A stretch of 63,989 nt of DNA, the filler included, from Octopus bimaculoides (taxonomy: Eukaryota), in NCBI RefSeq assembly GCF_001194135.2. It is 7 parts of 6 records of this genome, joined end to end, with 100 filler letters (N's around TTAATTAATTAA, not from the genome) between each part and the next. Parts side by side here need not be neighbours in the genome. Positions count along the whole stretch, not along the records: positions 32,988 to 49,966 come from NC_068982.1; positions 50,067 to 53,264 come from NC_068982.1; positions 53,365 to 58,997 come from NC_068991.1; positions 59,098 to 61,888 come from NW_026364208.1; 3 more parts are not named here. One strand, given 5' to 3'. Of the stretch, positions 49,346 to 60,305 are shown piece by piece. How positions within the stretch are numbered: position 1 is the first letter of the stretch; every line of letters starts with the position of its first letter. Under the pieces are notes generated by a model. It did not search any database and was not told the DNA's origin. It was given only the letters and a program-made list of their open reading frames with translations. Made by a program: the position numbers and the translations under genes.

Positions 49346-50066
49346 ATGCCCAAAGTGTTCCATGTTGCCATTAAAAGGTTAGCAATGAGAGGCAGCAGCA
49401 AATGCAATGATTAACGGAGGATAATGCCTCAACTGTAAACGTAAAATGATGAAGACATGGTGACTGCTTCTTGCTAGAATGTCAATCTTGATTGCTCAAT
49501 TAAAGGCTGGTATTTAAGATATTCAACATACATTATGTACATTCGATTGATCTATTGGATCATATTAAATACCATTGGGGTAGACTGTCATCACAACAGC
49601 TTTCTTACATTACAGACAACAATGCACTTTACCAGACTTAAAGCAGTAAACGTGGCTGTGTGGTTATGAAGTTCGCCTTGCAACCACATGGTTCCATGTT
49701 CAGTCCCAAGGCACGGCACATTTATGTTTTATTTGTTTTACTCATTAGACTGTGGTCACGATGGGACACCACCTTGAAAAATGTTAGGTGAATGAATTGA
49801 ACCCAGTACCTTTTGCTTCCACACCTTAAACTTCTCCTCTAGTTCTGATAGTGACTGCGCAATTAGTGCAAGGTCATCAGCATAGAGGAGCACCCAGGGG
49901 CAACCTGTCTTGAATTCCTGTGATCGCCTGGAGGACTATGATAAATAGGAGGGGGCTGAGGACGGANNNNNNNNNNNNNNNNNNNNNNNNNNNNNNNNNN
50001 NNNNNNNNNNTTAATTAATTAANNNNNNNNNNNNNNNNNNNNNNNNNNNNNNNNNNNNNNNNNNNN

Positions 50067-50425
50067 TCAATACCAGCAGATGACAACGTTTCTCTAAAAG
50101 AAATGGAAAAACTTTCAAAATACAAAGACCTGGAAATAGAGATAACTCGAATGTGGAATCTAAAAACAGAAACAATTCTTATCATAGTAGGTGCCTTAGG
50201 TATAATAAAAAAATATTCAGACAAATACATTACAAAAACACCAGGACTTACAAATATATATAACATACAGAAAATTGCACTACTGGGTACTGCACACATT
50301 CTACGCAAAACACTTTCAATACAGTAAACATAAGAGCACCACAGCAAACCACAGCACATACCCAAGGCGCACAGAGCTGCGCTCGGTAGTGAAGTGAAAA
50401 CATGTTATAAAAATTAAACTACTGA
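50067..50425 (+). mobile_element. Young R4/Dong-like element 3' end (REL C-terminus and 3' UTR, (TAA)n tail)
   Basis: SIPADDNVSLKEMEKLSKYKDLEIEITRMWNLKTETILIIVGALG…KIALLGTAHILRKTLSIQ*. Shorter copies at 50463-50549 and 50877-51047. Confidence 0.9.
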
Positions 50426-50795
50426 ATAATAATAATAATAATATTAATAATAATAATGATAATATAACATACAGAAAATTGCTCTACTGGGCACTGCACA
50501 CATCCTACGCAAAACACTTTCAATACAGTAACCATAAGAGCATCACAACATTTGGGCAAAAGATACCTCCCAATTCGACACCAATCATCAAATCCCGAAC
50601 AAATAATTGAAATATCATAAGTCATCAACAGCTAAAGACAACCACCAGATCTCAAAAGATGACAATGAAAGGCAATATTCACGTCAGAGAAAGAATGCAA
50701 GCAACAAACTTGTGAAATGAAACAATTGTAGGTTAATATGGCAAGTAATTAATAAATTAATTTGTATGTATTAGAGCTCTCTGTTTTCTAACTCG

Positions 50796-50796
<1 letters not shown>

Positions 50797-50868
<72 letters not shown>

Positions 50869-51212
50869 TATATATATATAACATACAGAAAATTGCACTA
50901 CTGGGCAATTTTCTGTGTCTCCTACGCAAAACACTTTCAATAGAGTAACCATAAGAGCATCACAGCAAACCACAGCACATACCCAAGGCACACAGAGCTG
51001 CGCTCGGTAGTGAAGTGAAAGCACGTTATAAAAATAAAACTACTGAACAACAACAACAACAACAAAAACAACAACAATAATAATAATAATAGTAATGATA
51101 ATAATAATAATAATAATTACAATAATAATAATAATGATAACATCACCAATAATAATGACAAAAACAAAAGCAATAACAACAACAATAACAATAATAATAA
51201 TAATAATAATGG

Positions 51213-51299
<87 letters not shown>

Positions 51300-51322
51300 T
51301 GATGATGATAAAAATAATAATA
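50797..51322. repeat. (TAA)n/(CAA)n/(CTA)n microsatellite blocks
   Basis: Read directly. Confidence 0.93.
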
Positions 51323-52850
51323 AACTTGTTACATGAAATCACCATGGGTTATAAATGCTATGGACAAACAATAAATCATTTCCTGTACATGGATGGCTTG
51401 GATAAATTTTCACTACAAATACTGCAGAACAGAGAAACCTAAAATTTTCCATAATTTCAACAAAGACATCGTGATGAACTTGGGGCTGGACAAATGTGCC
51501 GAAGTGACACTGGGGCAAATTGATCTGCACAGGAAACACTGCACTCGACATAGACACAAAAATCAGAGAATTGGACCACAATCGCTCATAGAAATATCTA
51601 GGAATAGACGAAAAAGCTAAAATATGACACACAGAAATGAAAGAAATGAAAGAAAATTAGAAGAGAGTATTACACATGAGTTAGACTAATATTAAGCACT
51701 GAACTCAATACTAAAAATAAGATAATGAGGATAAACACGTTAGCCATACCAGTCATAAATTACAACTTCATAAACTGGAAGATCAGTGAATTGAGAAACT
51801 TAGAAAACTATTAACAGCATACGGAAGTCACCACCCCAAAGCAGACGCAGACAAAATTTATCTACCCCGCTCAGATGAAGGCCATGACCTGATGCAGATA
51901 GAAAACTGTTATAGAATACCAACAGTTGTACTAGAAAATTCCTCAGAAACCAAATGTGAAAGAAGGCAACAAAATACAAAGCAGAAACATACTACACTGT
52001 CACACTGACGTCAGATGACAACAAAATTAGTCAGAGAGACAAAAATCAACACGAAAACAGTATTACAAAATGTACTAAAGAAGAAATGGAGAGAAAAACC
52101 ACTCTACGGTTAATACCCTGTAAGGCTTGACAGAGAAGAAGTGAGCCTAAGTAAAAGCCAAGAATGGCTCAAAGGCTCTGGACTAAAAGCTGAAGCGGCG
52201 GAAGGACTGATTTTCGCTACAGAGGACCAATGTTTGACTACGAACAACTATAAAAGCAAAATAATGAAAACAGACCCCAACAACAAATGCAGAACGTGCA
52301 ACCAGCAGAATGAGACAGTTGACCACATCATCTCTGGCTGTCCAGTCCTTGCCAAATTTAAATATATATACAGACACGATCGAGTAAGAAATTATATTCA
52401 CTGGACAATATGCCAACATTACAACATTAAAACTGACAATAAATGGTATAAACTTGTTCCACTCAAAGAACAAGACAAGGACCAAGCCACAATCTCTGGA
52501 CATGTCTGTTCAAATCGATAAAGAAATAAAAGCTAATAGCCCAGACATAATAATCTATGACTGGAAATAGAAAACACCTTCTTATTGATAGACATTGCAT
52601 AACTTCTGACCAAAATATTGTCAAAAAAGATGTAGAGAAATTGTCGAAGTACAAAGACCTCGAAACTGAAGGATTCAAAATGTGGGCAATAAGGTAAAAG
52701 CAATACCAGTAATGACTGGAGCATTATGCATGAGGAAAAAAAAATATCAACAAAAACGTAGAAGCTATAACTGAAACCTCAACGCTGCACACTTTCTAAA
52801 AATTAGACCAGCTAGGAACAGCCCATATCCTACGCAAGAGACTATCAGTT
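51318..52850 (+). mobile_element. Degenerate R4/Dong-like element (RT end, CCHC, REL)
   Basis: INHFLYMDG, LGLDKCA, KCRTCNQQNETVDHIISGCPVLAKFKYIYRHDRVRNYIHW, KANSPDII, KDVEKLSKYKDLE and ILRKRLSV, with frameshifts. Confidence 0.9.
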
Positions 52851-52897
52851 CATTGTATTTATCATTATTTATTATATTATTTATTACATATTATTTT

Positions 52898-52955
<58 letters not shown>

Positions 52956-52969
52956 CATTATTATTATTG

Positions 52970-53264
52970 TTCAGTGGTTTTATTTTTATAACGTGCTTTC
53001 ACTTCACTACCGAGCGCAGCTCTGTGCGCCTTGGGTATGTGCTGTGGTTTGCTGCGGTGCTCTTATGTTTACTGTATTGAAAGTGTTTTGCGTAGAATGT
53101 GTGCAGTACCCAGTAGTGCAATTTTCTGTATGTTATATATATTTGTAAGTCCTGGTGTTTCTGTTATGTATTTGTCTGAATATTTTTTTATTATACCTAA
53201 GGCACCTACTATGATAGGAATTGTTTCTGTTTTAGATGTATTTTGAAAGTTTTTCCATTTCTTT
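52970..53264 (-). mobile_element. Young R4/Dong-like 3' end, inverted relative to 50067
   Basis: Near-identical to 50098-50425 apart from a deletion of about 34 nt. The (TAA)n tail lies at about 52890-52968. Confidence 0.9.
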
Positions 53265-53364
53265 NNNNNNNNNNNNNNNNNNNNNNNNNNNNNNNNNNNN
53301 NNNNNNNNTTAATTAATTAANNNNNNNNNNNNNNNNNNNNNNNNNNNNNNNNNNNNNNNNNNNN

Positions 53365-53433
<69 letters not shown>

Positions 53434-53589
53434 GACCCTCCAATACGAATTGACAACTGGGGTTGGTGTATTTACATCCCGGTAAATTAGCAAAAGAGAC
53501 TGTTAATATAAGTGTCAGGCTTTAAAAATCATAATTTCTAGAGTCGATTCATTCGACTAAAAATCTTGCAGGCTGTGACCCAGCATGAC

Positions 53590-53940
53590 CAATTATTATT
53601 GGTATCAATATGAATTCATATTCTGGATATAGAGGCTGAAAGTTTCGAAGCAGTTGTCCACAGATATCATCTTTTTCTCTGAATTTGAAAGAGATATTTA
53701 TATCTACAGGGCACCTGTCCTAAACAACAATATCCAGACTGTTATGTTTACTTTTGGCAGAAGTTTTAGTAGGAATGTTCTACCAGTATTCCTTGAGTTG
53801 GTGTTTATGAATGCATTCCTTAGCAGAGGGATTTTCTAAGTTTATTTCAGGACAATCATTTTTGCGGATGGCATAGTAAATTGTTTTAGTGACAACATCG
53901 TGCCGCATAGGGAGGTAGTACCGTGACGACATTTTAGGAC
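53590..53940 (-). mobile_element. REL-domain fragment of another R4/NeSL-like retrotransposon
   Basis: YYLPMRHDVVTKTIY…KEYW*NIPTKT..KSKHNSLDIVV…GQLLRNFQPLYPEYEFILIPIIIG. Confidence 0.7.
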
Positions 53941-53953
53941 AGCTGTATGTATG

Positions 53954-53985
<32 letters not shown>

Positions 53986-54860
53986 AACAAATAGTAAATG
54001 AGTATATGCATATATACGTACAGGCATGTGCATACCGACATCCACCTGTATATATAGGTGCATATCTGGGTACAGGACATTGCAAACAAAACGTAGACAA
54101 GAAAATAATGATAATCAGAGTACAGAAAACACACAAGCCACATAGAGAACATTTTCCTTCATCAGCTACCCCCGTTTTAACACCGGCGTTTCGAAGAGCT
54201 GGGTAGGACGCATCGTTAAAACGGCTCTTCCCATGGACCGCAAATTAAATCTGTATACACAAATTAAACCTGTGCCATGGAGAAATGTAGTGGCGGACAA
54301 AAAACAAGACAGGAAAACAAACGGAAAAGGCTATACGGCCAGACGGGAAAAATTATGTGTGTATGAACGCTGTGAGGCACGAACTTGAAAGTGGGGACGA
54401 AGTAAGTTCGCGTGTTTGCTCGACGATAGCCAAGGAAGAAAAGGATTATTGACCGGAAGCATGTGACCATGCCGGTGTAAGGGGGAGAGAGAGAGTGGTA
54501 GAGGGAGAAACAAAGGGAGGAAGTAGAATAGGCGAGCAACGAGAGATGTATGTATGTATGTATGTATGTATGTATGTGTGTATGTATGTATGTATGTATG
54601 TATTTATAGACATGCCACCATAGACGTCGCTCGGGTAGACGAACATGGCGTTAGCAAATTGTTGTAGCAAATTGTTGTAGCATGGCGTTAGCAAATTGTA
54701 TGTCGCAAGTAGGTACAGGCTTCTAAAATATCTCGGGAAAGAGTGATGAACGACACTAAACAATACTCGATTACGATTGACGGCTTTGTTTTATCTCTCT
54801 GTTTCTCTCTTTCTCTCTCTCTCTCCCTGTTCCTCGCCCCCTCTCTCTCTGTTTATATAT

Positions 54861-55272
54861 GTAGGAGTGGCTGTGTGGTAAGTAGTTTGCTTACCAACCA
54901 CATAGTTCTGGTTTTAGTGCCACTGCGTGGCACCTTGGGCAAGTGTCTTCTACTATAGCCTCGGGCCGACCAAAGCCTTGTGAGTGGATTTGGTAGACGG
55001 AAACTGAAAGAAGCCCGCCGTATATATATATATGTATATGGACATATATGTGTGTGTGTGTGTGTCTGTGTTTGTCCCCCCAACATCGCTTGACAACCGA
55101 TGCTGATGTGTTTAGGTCCCCGTAACTTAGCGGTTCGGCAAAAGTTACCGATGGAATAAGTACTAGGCTTACAAAGAATAAGTCCTGGGGTCGATATGCT
55201 CGACTAAAAAGGCGGTGCTCCAGCATGGCTGCAGTCAAATGACTGAAACAAGTAAAAGAGAGTAAAAGAGTA

Positions 55273-55273
<1 letters not shown>
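54861..55273 (+). mobile_element. Full-length young CORE-like tRNA SINE (octopus OK/OR-type)
   Basis: tRNA-like head, CACCTTGGGCAAGTGTCTTC core resembling the CORE domain, internal microsatellite and (AGTAAAAG)n tail. Confidence 0.92.
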
Positions 55274-55327
<54 letters not shown>

Positions 55328-55554
55328 TGTGTGTGTGTGTGTGCGCACACACACACACACACATATAAGTGTTCAGTTGTAGTGGATAATACAAGAAGGA
55401 AAATCCACAGAATGTATATATCTTTTATGAGATGTAATATATACGTAGTCAACCAGTTTCGCTGGTTTACAATTTTGATATCAAGATTTTAATCCATGTT
55501 AGTTGTAAGAATGTTGGTTTGTAAATAGAGGGGAGGTAATAAGTGTTTGTAGGT

Positions 55555-55701
55555 AATAAAACAAAAAGATAATGATCAATATGCTGGCCACAGGAATTTC
55601 TGTCAAAGAGACATGGTTAAACAAAGTTGTCCATCATCGCCCTCTTTCTCTCACAGAAATTCCTGTGGCCAGCATATTGATCATTATCTTTTTGTTTTAT
55701 T
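55555..55701. repeat. Perfect 49-bp inverted repeat with 49-nt spacer
   Basis: 55555-55603 is the exact reverse complement of 55653-55701. Confidence 0.95.
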
Positions 55702-55780
55702 TTTTTTGCTTTGTTTAACACACACATACTTACATTATATATATGTGTGTATGTGTGTATATATATATATATACATGTGT

Positions 55781-55827
<47 letters not shown>

Positions 55828-55939
55828 TGTGCGTGTGTGTGTGTATTGCACTTTAAATGAAATAAATTTTCCCTAGAATTAAACATATCTAATATAATAA
55901 ATATGAATTTCAAATTTAATGAATCTTTTCTACTGGAAA

Positions 55940-56050
55940 CACAAGGCCTACTAATTCTATCGACCCCGACAGGATGAAAGGCAAAGTCGGCATCGGTGGA
56001 ATTCGAAATCAAAACCTGATGGCGTGTTAACGATTCTGCCAGCTCGCCGT
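55940..56050 (-). mobile_element. tRNA SINE fragment (TTCATCC core family) with internal deletion
   Basis: CGACCCCGACAGGATGAAAGGCAAAGTCGG…GTTAACGATTCTGCCAGCTCGCC. Confidence 0.8.
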
Positions 56051-56180
56051 CTTAATATACTAATATGTAATATAATATAATTGAACAGAATAAATGTGAA
56101 CTTCAGTATGTCCGTGTATCACACTTCTTCAACTTTACTCACATAGGCCGTAGCCCAACATATCATAGCATTTTGGAATC

Positions 56181-56470
56181 AAGCTGACTCCGTAAATAAA
56201 TTAAAAACATTCCGGGCCGAATCCGGACCCACAATCCTGAAATTTTAGATTCCCAAGTTTTCATTACAGTGATTGCTTTCGGCGACTTTTGTTTTTTACC
56301 TAACTTTTTGCAATAAATTTTTTGTGCGATGAAATTTTTTACAATCTAAAGGCTAACTCCGTGAGTAAATTAAAAGTATTGCGGGCCGAATCCGGACCTG
56401 CAATCCAGAAATTTTGGATTCCTATGTTTTCATTACTGCGATTGTTTTCGGCGATTTTTTTTTTTTTTTT
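56181..56470. repeat. Diverged tandem duplication, period about 169 bp
   Basis: GGGCCGAATCCGGACC…AATCC.GAAATTTT.GATTCC…TTTCATTAC occurs at about 56214 and 56383. Confidence 0.85.
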
Positions 56471-57497
56471 ACATGATTTTTTTGCGACGAATATGATCAT
56501 CATTGGGATATGACTCTGGAAGAAGTAACTGCAACAAATCCTCCAAAACAAGTCATATATATATAAATATACATATGTGTATGTGTGTGTGTGTATGCAN
56601 NNNNNNNNNNNNNNNNNNNNNNNNNNNNNNNNNNNNNNNNNNNNNNNNNNNNNNNNNNNNNNNNNNNNNNNNNNNNNNNNNNNNNNNNNNNNNNNNNNNN
56701 NNNNNNNNNNNNNNNNNNNNNNNNNNNNNNNNNNNNNNNNNNNNNNNNNNNNNNNNNNNNNNNNNNNNNNNNNNNNNNNNNNNNNNNNNNNNNNNNNNNN
56801 NNNNNNNNNNNNNNNNNNNNNNNNNNNNNNNNNNNNNNNNNNNNNNNNNNNNNNNNNNNNNNNNNNNNNNNNNNNNNNNNNNNNNNNNNNNNNNNNNNNN
56901 NNNNNNNNNNNNNNNNNNNNNNNNNNNNNNNNNNNNNNNNNNNNNNNNNNNNNNNNTATATATATATATATATATACATACACATATATATATACACACA
57001 CACACATATATATACATAAATATTTACATGTATGTGTGCGTGTGTGTCAGTGTGTCAGTGTGTGTGTGTGTCTGTGTGCGTGTGTGTTTCCTAGTTTGAA
57101 AACAATGAAACAAATAAATTGGAGATTTCTCCATGTTTTGAAAAACACGTAGCCACTCCTTAGGTTTCCTACGATGTCGAGATCCTATCCTTTGTGATTA
57201 TGTTACTACGAGCCACTTCGTGAGAAAAACATTTAAATGGTATGATACTGAGTTATGCTCTTCCGTATTTGAATAGTTTTGAAAATGACAATAACATTCG
57301 GAAACTAGAATTGAATTTGAGATGAAAAGATAGAGATATCTTTTAATATTCATACTTTGCTTTAACTTTAGATGCGAAATATGCCTTATTTCAACAATCA
57401 ACTGTAGTATATAGATACTAGCATACCAAAGTTTTATTACCGATAGAAAAGGGGCTCACCAAACCAACAGGAGGAATCCAATAAATATATATATATA

Positions 57498-57638
57498 TTT
57501 GTCTCCGTATTCTTTCTGTTGAAGAGCGTAGCTCGAAACGTCAAAGACTTTCCGTATTCCCGAGCGTCATACTAATATATACTTTTGTTATTTACACCAC
57601 CTGTCCTCGTCTGTTGTTATTTTTTGTATATTCTCCCA
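57498..57638 (+). mobile_element. Small hammerhead-bearing element, copy 2, embedded in (TA)n
   Basis: Matches 47425-47564 in reverse complement. Hammerhead-like motif at 57511-57547. Confidence 0.8.
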
Positions 57639-57655
57639 TATATATATATATATAT

Positions 57656-58024
57656 ACTAGCAGCTAAGCCCGGTTTCACCCGGTCTGTTTGGATGATGTG
57701 GCCGTGATCTTTTTCGGTTAGGCATAATCTATAACAGCGTTTCTCAACCTTATCATATCGGGTCCCCTGTTTCAATTGAGACCCCCAGCTGTATAAAAAT
57801 TTCCTGACTCCCCCATCCTTGTCAGAAAACGGCTTCAGGAGTTCTGAAGAAGGAATTTGTACGTTGTCTGTTTCTGAGAGCTATTCTATTAGACTTCTCT
57901 CTAATCATTAAAACATTGATTTAATTATGGACATAGAAAGAAATTATACATTAATCCCAATTTTTGTTAGCAGTTGTATCCGTAAAAATGTAATTTGCAA
58001 AGAGCAGAAATTGAAAAATATATG

Positions 58025-58058
<34 letters not shown>

Positions 58059-58360
58059 GTGTGTGTGTATGTGCGCGCGCGCGTGCATGCGTGCTTGCGC
58101 GTGTGTATGTGCGAGAGAAAGAGGGTGAGAAAGAGAGATAGAGTGAGTTAGTGAAGGTGTGTCGTGATGATTGACGTATTTCTACTTTGTCTGTTTGTGA
58201 GAGCTATTCTATTAGAATTCTCTCTAATCATTAAAACATTGATTTAATTATGAACATAGAAAGAAATTATACATTAATCCCAATTTTTGTAAGCAGTTGT
58301 ATCCGTAAAAAATTTTATTTGCAGAGAGCAGAAATCGAAAGAAGATATATGAAATGGACG
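57656..58360 (+). mobile_element. Probable non-autonomous Helitron/Helentron-type element with an internal duplication of about 165 bp
   Basis: Starts ACTAGCAGCTAAGCCCGGTTTCACCCGG (ACTAG plus short GC inverted repeat). Duplicated blocks at 57864-58028 and 58187-58356. Class assignment is inference. Confidence 0.5.
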
Positions 58361-58711
58361 CGTGCGCGCGCGCGTGAGTGTATGTGTGCGTGTGCGTGCG
58401 TGCGTGCTTGACACGTGTTATTTTATTTTTGTCTCCTTCTCCTTGTGGTAAATATGTTTTCTAACTGTATTTGCTTGAAAAAACATACTTTTCTTTATAT
58501 TAAGCAATTCATTATAATTAGCTTTACGATGTGCCTAAATAGAAACCATCGTTATAGATCAGCATTTCTCAACTTTTTTCGCGATTTGGCTTCCCTTGGA
58601 CATTGAAATAATTTTGTTTCGGCTCCCCTGTGTTGATGAAAATTTTAATCCAGCTTCCCATGTATCTGAGATAGACCGGCCGGCCCATGACAAATCTGAC
58701 AAAAGGGGGGA

Positions 58712-58996
58712 CCCGCGGAACTACCAGCTCACGAACTGCATCTGAAAGTTGGCGCGCCAATCATGCTGCTAAGGAATTTAGATGCTCCAATAATGTGCAA
58801 TGGTACGCGGATGATTATAAAAAAATTGTGCTCCCGAGTTCTGTAGGCAACAATCTTGAATGAACCGGCCGCTGGCTAAGACACACTTATAACTCCCATG
58901 TCCCTTACCCACTCCGATACGACCTACAAGTTTAAACAGATGCAATTTCCCATCAAACTCTGCTTTCCCATGACAATCAACAAGGCGCAGGGACAA
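58712..58996 (+). mobile_element. Helitron PIF1-like helicase fragment (pseudogenised)
   Basis: In frame: LPAHELHLKVGAPIMLLRNLDAPIMCNGTRMIIKKL…FKQMQFPIKLCFPMTINKAQGQ, with two stops. It runs into a gap and is missed by the ORF track. Confidence 0.93.
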
Positions 58997-59509
58997 TNNN
59001 NNNNNNNNNNNNNNNNNNNNNNNNNNNNNNNNNNNNNNNNNTTAATTAATTAANNNNNNNNNNNNNNNNNNNNNNNNNNNNNNNNNNNNNNNNNNNNTAT
59101 GTGCGTATGTGCATCCGCAGATTTGTAATGAAGTAATAAGCAGAAAAGAGAAGCTGCCATAAGAAAACTTACGTTAAAAATAACATAGACAGGATTAAGT
59201 GTACTTTATCTACCTGCTTTAATGAAATTTCCACACTTCAATATACAATACATTTAAAATTGGTGGTGGGGTAGGGGGTGTGGTTAAAATTTTGATTCTT
59301 TTTCTTCTTTTACATATTCGTAATCTCCGACATGCAAAACCTAGGAATCCGAATAAACTTTTTTCAAAAGAATGCATTTTACAAGGTGAGGTGCGAATCT
59401 GCATTAGCCCCCGATTATTCTATTAACACTTCTTTTGTAAGTCCAAATACGAAGATAATTAACATTAAAAAAAAATTTGTTTTTACTTGTATCATAAAAT
59501 ACCCACAAA

Positions 59510-59721
59510 GCGTCGAAAGAATTTACGGCGGCGACCACCAAAAAAGCACGCCAAAGAAACACGCACATAGTAACAAACACACAGCAACAAACACAAACAC
59601 TGCCCTAATTTGAACGATCGGTGGTTTTACTCTGAATTAAGAACGTGGGATTTTGAAAATTTTCCTCGTCCACTAATGCTACACTAATGTTAAGAATATG
59701 GCTATAACCAGAAATAAAAAT
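59510..59721. repeat. About 211-bp repeat, inverted near-identical copy at 61426-61636
   Basis: About 3 mismatches by eye. Confidence 0.9.
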
Positions 59722-59819
59722 CAATTACTGCTTTAGAGAAGTCGTCGACAATTAAATGCTTCTAATTAACAATGGTAGTAAATTCAGTCACACGCTTATA
59801 ACTAGTTTTCGGCCCTGTG

Positions 59820-60063
59820 CAGTGGTTCCCAACCATTATTTTCCTAGGGATCCCTTAAATCATATTATACACAGATGGCCCTTCATAGTTATTTGATGCT
59901 TAAAAATTCATATATTTTTATAATTAAGTAGCATGAGTAATTGTATAAAATAATCATTAAAATACTTCATATTTTATAAAAGTGTAACGAATTTGTTGGT
60001 CATAAATAACAACAAAATGTTATACGGACCCTCAAAAGTCATATGAACACTTGAGAACCACTG
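59820..60063. mobile_element. hAT (Charlie-like) MITE, 244 bp
   Basis: TIRs CAGTGGTTCCCAA and TTGAGAACCACTG (12/13). Same family as 3223-4060 in the opposite orientation. TSD decayed. Confidence 0.85.
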
Positions 60064-60241
60064 GTCAAGAGTGTCCAGATTTCCCCGGACTTTTCGACCC
60101 ATGACCACAACGTCTGCAGCCTGTTGAACTGGCTGAATCATTTTATCGTTGGGTAGACGCTCTGAGTTCAAATTTCGCCAAGATCAACTTTTCTTTCATC
60201 TTTTCGTGAATTAAGAAGTAAAGTGCTAGTCAATAATGAAG

Positions 60242-60305
60242 TACGCATGCCACCCGTTTTTGGCGTTTAGGGTTAGGGTTACGCCCAAAACGGGTGGTGT
60301 GCGTA
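60242..60305. repeat. 25-bp hairpin with TTAGGGTTAGGGTT loop
   Basis: Arms at 60242-60266 and 60281-60305; loop at 60267-60280. Confidence 0.9.

Noticed and set aside
60267-60280. A true telomere or interstitial telomeric array
   Set aside because: Only about 2.3 units, confined to a hairpin loop; reported as a hairpin instead.
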